The notes beneath the pieces were generated by a model. The model was not told the origin of the DNA, ran no database searches, and saw only the letters and a list, made by a program, of their open reading frames with translations. A stretch of DNA of 64,000 nt, from positions 3,762,102 through 3,826,101 of the forward strand of contig NMRA01000001.1 of NCBI GenBank assembly GCA_002633005.1. The letters are read 5' to 3'. This document shows positions 51,001 through 63,000 of this stretch, piece after piece (the first letter of the stretch is position 1; each line of letters starts with the position of its first letter). The DNA is from Phoronis australis. Its lineage: Eukaryota > Animalia > Phoronida. The translations under genes were made by a program, and so were the position numbers.

Positions 51001-54000
51001 GCATACTGGTTCTTCCGGAAATTTGTCGCCCTCTCCGGTGTTCTTAAACAACTGCAAGGCTCTGGACCATGATTGTTTGCTATTCAAACTCCCTTTACAT
51101 TAAAAATTCTGTGTAGCTCATCAGCGTCTTAACACGTGGGACAGAAACAGTGGTGGAAAATGTTCTGTGCTCCTTACACCCTCAGCCACGTGATGATCTT
51201 AAGCAGAACATTTTCCACCACGGTTACTGTCCGTCTGTTGGCAATCTCGCTGAGGACCTACGCAGAATATTTATTGCGAAGGGTGTTAAAATAGCGCACA
51301 CGACTGTTGACATGTTCATGAGTAGTGGTACACCCAAGGACCAACCTCAGTGTGGTGATGTCAGTGTAGTGGTGTATCCCATTGATTGTGATAAATGTGG
51401 AGATTCGTATATTGGTGAAACAGACGCTTAGAAAGTGCATGTCTCAGCACTGCTGCGCAAATGTCAGTGGTTTGAACTAAACAGTGCTTAGTCTTCTTAG
51501 TGACATAGGACACTTTTGAGACAGAAGACGTGAAGGTACTAGACAGAGAAAGTTCTTGGTTTGAACGAGGTGCCAGAAAAGCTATCTGGGTTAAAGCCAA
51601 GAACCCCTCTCTGAACAGACACGGAGGAGGCAGGTTTAAGTTATGTGACTCATGGTCCAGGGCCTTACAGTTGTTGTCCATGAACACTTACAGAGAGACG
51701 AAATTTTCTTAGGAACCAGTTAGTCATCAATCTGTAGTAGAATGAGCTAGGCGGCTCCACAATGTCTGGAATTTATTTTATAGTAAGTCCCAGAAGTCAT
51801 GATTTATAAGTTTTCGCATCGCGCTCTGTCCAAGATGTGAACTAATGATTTTGACATTTACTGTTCTGAAGGTTTTCTCAGCTTCTTCCTTACTCAGATA
51901 AGATGTGATGTCTGGGTTTGCAAAGAACTGACAGTTTGTAATTTCTTAAGACTAATGCTCTGTATAAATGACATTCCGTGACAAACCGATTTGTACAGCC
52001 TGCTCTCGAGCGATAAAGAACTGGTTAGTTCTTTTAAAGCCCTGTTATCATCTCAAATTTGATTAAGGAACAATTTGAGACCACTTTCATGTTAACAGTC
52101 AGGGGTTTAAATTGAATTTTTGGTTTTGTGATGGAAGGCCGGTTTAAAGGGACAGTATCGGTTTTACGGTGGAAAAATGCATTTTTATGTGCTCACTTAT
52201 GTGTATATGTGGTTGCATGTTGTTGTTGTCCTGTCCGGGTATCCACTTGATAACTCAAAAGCCCCTGTGCGGATCTTGATGGAAGTCAAGTTTTACAAAT
52301 CATGCACTGGTACTCATGTTGTATTGGTCCACCTTTCAAGGCAACATCATCATAACAGTGCTACACAAACAAGTGATGGTTTATGGCGATTGTATCTGAT
52401 TACCGATAAAATTGTTACCGACTGTCATACAAGTGCTTCCTTGATTGTGCAAATGTATTTTTTTTAGTTATCCGTTGAATGTCAACTTGAAGTTGACACA
52501 GAGGTATAGAGTATCAGTAGGGCAGTGCATACCTCTTTTCAATCTGCCCCAGGAAGAGTGTTTACAGATGATGTCTAGAGAACTGATACTAACCACTCAG
52601 TTGTTTCCCATTAACTGTTGGTTGTGAATGTGAACTGTTGACCTATTTGATGACCTCCATCTCATATTGTTCGCAAGTGCTTTCATTTAACTGTGTCCAG
52701 ACATTCTTATGTGAATACAACAGACCTCCACTGCCTGCTATGTTTACAGAGTCCAAGCTCGGTCCTTTCTGGGATGTTGTAATGGACACAAAACTCCAGC
52801 TACTCGTCAACGAGAAGTTTCTCAACTCCGCTTCAGAATCCAGTGAGTTGATTATGTGTGCAGTATACTTTAATTTGTTGATCCTTTCTTTTTTGTATTT
52901 ACCTCTATTGCTTTTAAAATGATATTGAACCCAGTTTACGCTTATTAAAAGATGTTAACAACTTTCCTGACCAGTACTCTAAAATATAATGAGGCTTTGT
53001 AACCCTCGTCAACTCGTAAAAGATTGGAGCAAATTTTGAAAACTCCCTACAACGTCATTCTACTAAGTGGGCGAGTGGGACCTGTGCTTTAGGCGAGCTG
53101 CTGACTAACTAGGGAAAGACCATCCATTAAGAACCATAATGTCCATTTTGTGTTTTTAGTTGAAGACTGTTTTTATCACTCAAGTGAGACACCAATAGTG
53201 CATTATCAGGGGCAAATTCAGGATTGGTCGAATCTCCAAAAAAGGGTTTAGTGTTCTAAATTTTTCCAATCTCTGCTTAGGGTAAATATTTTCTCTTGAT
53301 CAGTGTGCAACAGTTCCTATATTTGCATTTAGTGGCCAAACAACTCTTGATATCCTTGCACTTGTACTCACGCTGCTATAACATATTTAAAGTCGTCGTT
53401 GTTAACTGGTACCAGATTCTGTGGTTCATAATGAGATTTTGTCAACATTATTATAGGGCTTGGAATTTTCCTCTATTAATAAGAGGATTTCCCCTTTTTT
53501 GGTTTTGATTTCCTCTTATTTGATTTCCAATTTGAATTCTCTTTTTGTCTCTTTCTAATCATTATTTTGACTTTATTCATGCAAAAATGTTTATTTCAGT
53601 TTAATTTTACAACACAAATTTCTATCACACAAGCCTATTTATTTGTGGAACAATATATCACTTGGAAAGATTTCCTCTTTTTTGTCATTGGTCATTCCAA
53701 GCTCTGATTATTAACTCTTATCAACTTTGTCTTAGCATCTCACTTTTTGCAAGTCCTTCCTAAAAACAAAAAGTTCTTATTCTGGTGTTACTATTTGTTA
53801 TAATAACCGAACGTACAAGCTTTGCACATGATCTTTACTCAGGTAACAAATTGTAACTTTGTTGCTTTCAGCTCTCGTTACTTTAGTTAGTTTCCTTGCC
53901 CGTCTCATCGCAGAACACCCTCAGAGACTGAACAGCAAAAACACAAGGTAAGCTTATAATGTCAGTCTTAAGTTTTGAGCTTACATTTTACATCTGTCAA

Positions 54001-57000
54001 GGCTGATGCCCACACTGTCTGAAAGCTGACTTTTGAAGGTTACTAATGTGTCTTATTGGGACTTCCATATCTTTGAATATGGTAACACTAGACATACAGA
54101 TCACTTCTCATTTACAAAGTTATGTAACTGGGAATTCTACCAATGTTTTATGTGATGTACTTGTGAAGCAAATAATGTAAATACAGCTTCTTGAACATTC
54201 ACATTTGCCGGCCTGCTCGACTTACACAAAATTTCATTTTTAAATGCTAATGCTTGAGATCTTGCAGTTACGATTGATATTGCACTGGAGTATGTGTATT
54301 CCATGGTCGTATTCAGTCTGTAGTTAAAGCAAAAATGTGTTTACGTCACAAGTTGATGTGTTTTGACGTCACATCAAGAAATTAATGTTCTACATGTGGC
54401 GTGACAGCTGCTTGTTCAAATTTGTTGTGCATAGCTACTTGTCGAGAAATTTTAAATATGATCAACAGTTTGTAGCTAGTTGACAGACAATAGTGAGATC
54501 ATTTATGTTGACGTAATGTTTCTCTATTCCAGTGTGTTTTGCCGTCCACTGATTTTTGCATTGACCCACGGGTCATGGACCCTCAGGCGACACACGCAAG
54601 CTAGCGTTCGTAAGGTGCTAGCTTCTCTTGGTGGCATCAAGGTGGCACTAGTGTTACTCAAGGAGTTCAGAGACTTCGTTAGTGCACGAAAGGTCAGCCT
54701 CGTTGTTCCTATATACAGTCATGTCAAACCACTGAAGTTGAGAGTAAGAGATTGAAGTGTTTGAAATGTGTTATACGGCTATCGCTGTTGGTAATATAAT
54801 TCATCTCACTGTGTGAAAACTTTATACAAAGTTCAGGGGTATCTCTTATGAAAAAGATTTAGAGCTTAAGACAGAAATTTACTCTTGCAGTGCTCACAAA
54901 CATTGCCTAAAAATTATGTTATCTCGCTTCTTATCAGCAAAATATGTCTGGGAATATATAGTTGCTAGTTGATCAGATTTTTTGTAGGTATAATTTAAGA
55001 ATTGTATTGCCGAAAGTTAACTCTGTGATGTTTAAGTGGAGTGAAAGCTTTAATTCATTTCGTGAAATTGGGGTAATATAATTCACCTTACTGTGTGAAA
55101 ACTTACGAAGTTCAGTGGTATCTCTTATGAAAAAGATTTAGAGCTTTAGACAGAAATTTACTCTTGCAGTGCTCACAAACATTGCCTAAAAATTATATTA
55201 TCTCGCTTCTTGTCAGCAAAATATGTCTGGGAATATATTGTCTCGTAGTTGCTAGTTGATCAGATTTTTTGTAGGTATAACATTACTTAAGAATTGTATT
55301 GCCGAAAGTTAATTCTGTGATGTTAAAGTGGAGTGAGAGGTTTAATTCATTTCATGAAATTGGGGGCGCCCTGGTGACAAGTGTTTGTGTTTGAAAACCA
55401 AGTTGGCAGCAGCTTATTACACACGGTTCACCTTTCACTGCGTCCATAAGGATAGGGTATATGGTAGGAGGAGTATCCCTGCATTATTGGACTCCCCAGT
55501 AAATGATTGTGAAGCCCTTGGCTTCTTTAACCTTAAGTGCTCACGTCTGATGCTTACCTTAGGTTAGTTACGGCTGGAAGATTGCAGTCTTGAATGTACA
55601 TGTGCACATGATGTATGTACAATCCAACTCTGAACATATCTTGAGTTGAAATCCTTTACTGCTGATCGTGCGCCTCTTGTAGTTTGAAAGGAAGTTTATG
55701 TCGTAAACTTGTGACATTCTCTTTCATTTAAAACATGAAAATATAGTTTTTGTCCATTGACCTGTGTTTAAAATGTTTGTCATGAGTTGCCACATATGGA
55801 GTGTTTGTTGAGCTTTGTGTGTAAATTTCAATTGGTGAGTGATTCTTTTCCAAGCAATTGAAACGTTGCTTGCTATGCATGGAAGAGCCCAACTGTTCAT
55901 CTTTGCATCCTCAGGCTGTTATTGCAACACCCTCGGAGGAAGGTGATAACTCCATAGGCCCCCCTGCACGAGTGTGGTCCGATGCACTGATGTCCATCTG
56001 CATGATAGGCAATGCTGACCAGACGGATGTGATGTCCATTGGGTTAGACAGTCTCTTGATATCTCATCACCCACTTGTTGGTAAGTGATCAGTCTCGCTG
56101 AATGTCTAATCTTTCCTGTTTTAATCTATTTGCTTTCAGCCCGAAAATTGTCACAGTGTGTATTTATCTATAGTATTGTTAAGTCTTTTCAATGTGCTGA
56201 GTCTGCTTTTTTCAAGCTTGATTTTTTTTCTTGGAGCAACTAGTTGGCTGCGTAAAATGAATGATTTCCAAGTGCTGTGGGCCAGCTAGTGAAGCAAATT
56301 TAAACTGATGAAATACTGCCACTCAAGACGAGAATCACCTGAGAATCATCTTCAAATTGTAACCCCACCCACTGCCTAGTAGAAACGCAAATGGTACCAA
56401 CAAGTTTAATCCTCTGGTCGATTTGCCTCTAATGAATGTCTGCACTTGGATACGATGTTTGGTGTCTGACATGTAAAATGCCTCCAGTCATGATTCATTC
56501 TGTCAACAGTTCAAGGAAACCCTGACACATGGACGGACATTCTAGCCAGTCTAAACGTTGATGCTGCCAGTTTTGCCTCATCCAAGGCAGAGGCCATTGT
56601 CAAGCTGTACACTGACGAAAAGTCACTGTCGCAGGTGAGGAGAGCTCATTTTGTGCTTGTCTGTCTTGAAGTCAGAGGTTTGTAAAGAATATCTCAACTG
56701 CCAATTTTTTAAATTCGTTCTCGGTCTTATGGGATACTGCGAAACGACCAAAGCTGGGGATACTCTCAGGCACACACTATGAATGGTACCTCTTGTGCTG
56801 TTTTTGCACACAATTGAAATTATCTCATTTGTCTGCTAGATCTCGGTATGAGTCACTTGTGTGACATGGCATGACAAGTTGTCAGTGACAACCAATGCTC
56901 TGTCATTTGTCCCATTTTACTGCATCCTTACAAAAGACTTGTTATTCGTTTATAATTTCTGATTTTGAATGATTCACCTGACCACGTAGAATTTCAGTTA

Positions 57001-60000
57001 AAAAGCATTAAAACACTCCAGCCATGTGACACTTGCATTGAGACAGTATCTACTTAATAACCCGTGTGTTTATTCTAAATTTTCCTGAAACTTTACCGCA
57101 TGAAATATCTTGGACTACTTTTTCTATCATTATATTTAATAATTGTATGTTATTTTTAAAATTATTCTTCCATTCCAACATGACACCTGCTTGTAGAGTC
57201 ACCTGAGTAGTCTGAGGACGCTAGTGAGGGTGTCACCTGCTGCCTATCTACCTCCTATCATTGACCACGTTACTACCTGCTTGTCCATCCCAGACGTAGT
57301 TAGCGTTACACAGGATGAGTACAACATCATGAACTGGCCAGCTGGGGAACTCTACAATACCTCTGTGTTAGACACGTGAGTGAACAGTATATGTACTCTG
57401 TGATACTGGTTATCTGGCGTAGATGGTTTTTATAAGGAAGTTGTCAAGATAACACGCAGGTCATTATGCGAGACGAGTGTGGTTGTAGATTGCTTCTGTA
57501 AAATAGGAGTTTGTGGTTAGGTTTTGAAAATGACTTCTTCCATGGTGGTACTTTTACTGTTATATCACCAGTTCCACATTGTTCATACACCTTGTCCTGT
57601 GGACCTGCAGCTCTTTGAACTGCTCTGCCTGATGCAACATGCAATCTTTTTCATCACGTCCACTTGTTTGTGATTTTTCAGTTACCGACAAGTGGAGGTG
57701 AATTGAAGTCCATTAATAAATGTTGACTCTAGGGAATGTCAAGTGTTGTATCATAAGATTGTGTTTCAAATCCTGCTATTCTATCCATGTGAGCAGAGTT
57801 GGCTCAGACATCTATGGTTCATGTTTCATTGCTCAGTTTTTAATCACTCATTATCCCAGTTGTAGCTGGACTTGAGCAGATATGATGTATGTGTAAATAT
57901 GTGCATTCATCCGTTTATACTAATATTTACATGTAATTATATTAACATGTAAATATATTTACATGCAATTATATTTACATGCAATTATGTTTACATGTAA
58001 TTATATTTACATGTAATTATATTTACATGTAATTATATTTTTGATGCCCAGATATGATACTTTCTAACACTTTCTGTGCTTAACACTTATTCTCGTTCAA
58101 TGTATTTTCATAATAAGTGTAAAAATGGAAATAATGTGCAAATGATGTTTGCTTCAATCCAACTCGGAGACACTTTGATGATGTTACTAGTTAAACTGAT
58201 GCACGTTTTAGTCATTGGTCATTTATTTTGTTGTACCTCTCCCATCTAGCACGCATGCACGCACGCACACACAGACACACACCTTTCTTTCCTCTATCCT
58301 TCACATCTGATTCAGACTGCTCAGTTATAACTAGGACTGAGTGTGTTTATAGCGATTTTGATAGGAGTAATGTACCTGCAATGTGTCCCTGCCTTCTATC
58401 CTTTCTAGTCTGTTGAGGTTGAGGAAAGTATCTTTGTGTAGAAACTGCTGACTAAATTTTGCTGCCTTTTGTTTTACAGTGGTGAAGTGTTGGAAGACCA
58501 CAATGTGAAGAAAGTTGGAAAATTGTACTCGTACTCTGAGCAGATGGTTGAGCTGGAATTAAAAAGGGTAAGTGTTGCACTACTAGTACTTTTCTAATCC
58601 ACCAGTGTGTTGGTGCGATATGTTGCTGTTCTTTTCTACAGATTTGCTCGGGGTATCCATTAGGTAACATTTTTGTTGGAAGTTTTGTTGTGTGTGCGCA
58701 TAATAGTGTATTGAACAATCCAGGGGCCCGTTCCGAGAAACTGACTTAGGTTCATTTTTGACTTAAGTCTAAAATTTGGCTCAACTTCCAAACTTTGAAA
58801 CTTCCCCACCCACTAAAATAGTCAAAATTAAGACAAAACTTAACTTAAAAATTTAAGTCAAACTTAAGATCTCTTTCTTGAAACAGATTTGAGATAATTT
58901 AATAAGTTTTGTTTTGAAATTGACGGAAAACTTTGTCTTAGCTAAGTCAGTTTTCTTGGAACGGGCCCCAGCTCCTGAATTTGTTATGACTTGAAAAGTC
59001 CTTCATTAGTGAATGTTCACCGCTGTTTAGCATAAAAATTTGGTTGATGTCACTGGCTTTCTTTCAATTAAAGATGGGTGAGTTATATGTGGTCAATTTA
59101 TTTTGTATGACCTAAAGCTGAATTTATTTCTGACACCATCAATGACATGTTGCCAACTTTTTGGTCGTGACTGTCACTGAAAAAATATAGTTGCATTGGG
59201 ATGGTTTTTCGATGCATAACTATGGCTTATATCTCGAAATTTTCCTTGTGACTCTTGAAAGTAGATTGCAAAAATTTGTCTAAATCTTTTCTCTGAATGT
59301 CGGAAGTTTTGTTACCAATGAGTTCATTGAACTCCTGATCTGATTTATTCATCTTAAGCATTTTGGGGCTTTGCGCTTATTTGAACTCTTTTGGTGGTTA
59401 TTTTGAGGTCTTATTTTTCTTAAGTACTCAGTTGGCTCAAGCAGATTATGTAACTGTACAGTCAAGTAATGTGGATGATGTCGCTGCTCATCCAATTGTA
59501 GAAAGGTCTGTTTTATCAGTCTTGATAGTGACCGTTTTAAATTCATCAAAATTATAAAAAAATGTGTTTTGTAGGAGGAGATGGAGAAAATGAAGGCTGC
59601 TGGGCAAGAGGTATTGACTAAGAAACAACGTGAGGCTAAAGATGCACAACTGGAGAGAGAAGGAAAAATCAGGGAGACGGTAACACTGGTATGTATGATA
59701 TAGGTGGGCCAGGGTTTGAAGGGGGCGGGGCTTGAGAAGGTGGACTGAATATATTAGTTTATGGCTTAACGCTACTATAGCTGTAGCACTACTTCTTGAG
59801 AGGTGAAGCAGTCTCTCGGTTGTGGTAATTATGTTACTTCCAATAAGAATGATTTGATTAAAATTTGAGTTGGTCAATTACTGGAGACTCCCCATAGTAA
59901 AAATCCTCTTTGTAGAATCTCTACCTTATTGAACATGACATTTGATGATGATGATAGGATATACTGTCTCTCTGATATTAAGTGACCACATGTAATGTAT

Positions 60001-63000
60001 TATTTATGTTATTCTGGTAATTCTCTCTTCCTCTGGCATTGTGACCCCATAATGAAATTCAGTGATTCGTAGGGAAATGTTGACGAAGACCTTTCTTATG
60101 TTGTGTTTTTATCATTAAATTTCTTCCATCACAGTTGGATACTGACGTCGCTCGTGCCTCCAGCCTTCTCCTTGCCTGCATCACAGGCAACCCTCATGCA
60201 ATCTCACTACACACACTCCCCATCCTACGCTCTGTGGTACCCCTAATGAGGTTCCCTCTACCCGCGGCGCACCTCTACACTAATTTTCTGGAGCTAGGCA
60301 AGGCACTATTTCACCAAGACTGGAAGTACCATGGTAAGGAGTGCATGTGAAGGTTTTGTTTTAAAGTTGACGTGTTACGGTTTGATATCTTTGTGCTGTC
60401 CCTTATTGTCTTGAGACAGTGCACAGGGTTTTTTTGATTTGATTTAGAATCCATTGCGACTGGCTGTTATTGGTTTGAGTCTTATTGCAATGTCACTCAC
60501 AAATTTGGACTTGTAGTACAGGTGTCCCAAAATTGTACTCATACTTCTAATGACAACAACGGCGTTGTTTATTAACTTGAGAAAAATCAAGGTTTAAATT
60601 GATAAAGATGTGATCAAAAAAGGAATAAAAAGTTTTTAAGCAAATTTAGTAAATGCATTATTAATGTATTAAAAATTATTGACATTGATAAGTGCATGTT
60701 TACATGTTCAATGTACTTTCTCCAAAACTGAATCCTTTGTTTGCCATCTAATTAGGAAGTGTCATTGTGATGATAAGTGAAGCTATGAGATAATGAATAA
60801 CATATTCTAGATTGGAAAAAAATAGCCTTAAAAAATGCTCTTTATCACTCACAGACTCTTATGACTTTCACCAAGAGAGTGTAAAATTTTCTTCATTTTG
60901 CGATAAGTGGGTGGAGAGAGTTCAAAATGGCCATTTAATTTTTGATCATTGAAGAACACAATATTGGAACACCTTGGAAATTGAGTTGGGGTTTGGCGAG
61001 TTGAGTAACTGATATATTGCTAGCTGGTGTTTTTAGCCACAGAAGCTCATGCAGTTTCACTTAAATGCAACTGTAATTGGCTGTGTCTGCATGATGAATG
61101 TTTTGGTCTGACATCTAGTGAGGAATGTCAACACTAATCCTCTAAGAAGTTCTGAACAGACACAACTGAATTGCCTAGTGGTGCTTCCTTGTGGTAATAT
61201 GATAAACAGACTGTGGGATAGAGCTCAAAGCTGGCTTGTGTAGAGCGTTAAACCAGTTCAAGCTTTTTTCATTTTGGTTGTGGAGTCTGGGACTCCAGTA
61301 TTATGCACAATCTCACTTTGAGTATTGTCCCATTCTACTACTCATGATGTTTGAATATTTTGATAAGGTAACTTGTTGGTTAATTTTGTTCTCTGTAGTG
61401 AAGAACTTTCCAACTTGTTTAGGTATGTCCATTGCATTCGCCACCCTCCGTGTCCTAAACTCAGCGTGTTGCATTGACTCTGCTTGGTGCCAGGAGGCGC
61501 TACCTGACCAGATATCGCGCGTCATTGGTGGACGTGACCGCTACACTGCCCCCCAGTTCTCCTATGTGTTTCATTTGTTGAAGCATGTCATGACCTCCAG
61601 TCCAGCCAATCAGTCACACCTGATTCGAGCCCTTGGTCTTGTTCTGACACACGCCGATCTACGGAGCTCTGTGTCTCACCAAGTTGATGAGGTACCTTTC
61701 TTTTTTGTTAAATGTCACTTATAGGACATGATCATGTGACGTAATTAATGGTAGATTGGTATATTGTCTAAAATCAAAATTCTACAGACTTAGTGTATTT
61801 AGGCATTATATGCTTTTACTGAGGTAAAGTCTATAGTTTTGTATATATTTAGCTAAATTCACTTGTCGATGAGGTCCAACATAATCTTAATTGCAGTCGC
61901 TCAATGCATTTTGAAGCTCATATGTTACTTTGGGTATTGATTAAGAAGTTACCTTGGGGAAAAATGAACAGACCTGAGTCATATGAACGTGTACTTGCAG
62001 AATGGTCCAGAGCTGCTGCCTAGAGTAGAGATGTTGAGTGTACTACGCGGTGTCATCAGTGAGAACAAGGGAAAAGTACAGCAGCTGGCTTGTCAGGGAC
62101 TGGTTAGTGTTTGTATGGCAGCCAGTGGACTGGAGGGGTGTACTACGGCTGGACAGGACGAGATGGACGTTCTGTTGACCGGACTGAAGTCACCCGTGGT
62201 AGCACTGAGGGAGGCATGTCTGCAGGTGAGTTGATGGTAGTCAGTGGTCAGTTGTACTACTGCTGTTGAAAACATGGAATTACCGTTGAGGCGATAGAAG
62301 TCCTGACATTGGGAAAGCGATATGCTGAATTAGAAATGTCACCATACTGTAAAGCTTACCAAGCAGGCTGCTCTGCCTAGTTGGGAGTCCTCACAGAATA
62401 AAGAATTCCACAGAGGTATTTCTTCAAGCGCTAATGATGAGCATTGCACCCTGAACAACCATGTTGCTTGAAGTTTGACGATGCTGAAGCGCTTATGGAG
62501 CTCTATATCTAAGTATCCAGTTTTAGAGTTGACAAAATATTCCAGTATGACATTGTGGAACTTTCGACCTTTTTTTCAGCAAAGTTTTTAGTTTTTTGGT
62601 ACGAAATCTTTAACTTGACCATGGCAGAAGTGGACTGAAAATACTTATGGCACACAAAGGTCACAATTCATAGTAGTGGGTATAGTTTTTAGCCTGAGAA
62701 CTTGACTGGAAAATGGGAACTATGTGTACTTTCCCGTACTGTTGAAGGCTTTATTTTTGGCAACCCAATTCTCTGGCTAAAGGACATTCTCAAGTGTTTG
62801 TTGCTTGTCAGTACACTAAAGAAGTTGAATAAGGTCTTGGGCAAAATTTGTTAATATTTTGTGGTCCAGTTATTTCATGCTTACAATGCTTTTCTTTGAT
62901 TATCACATGTACAAAAATACAAAGTAATGTTAAAAACTTTAAATAACTAGTTACCTTAGATAAATATTTTATAGTTTGATTATTGTATTGTATCGTATGT

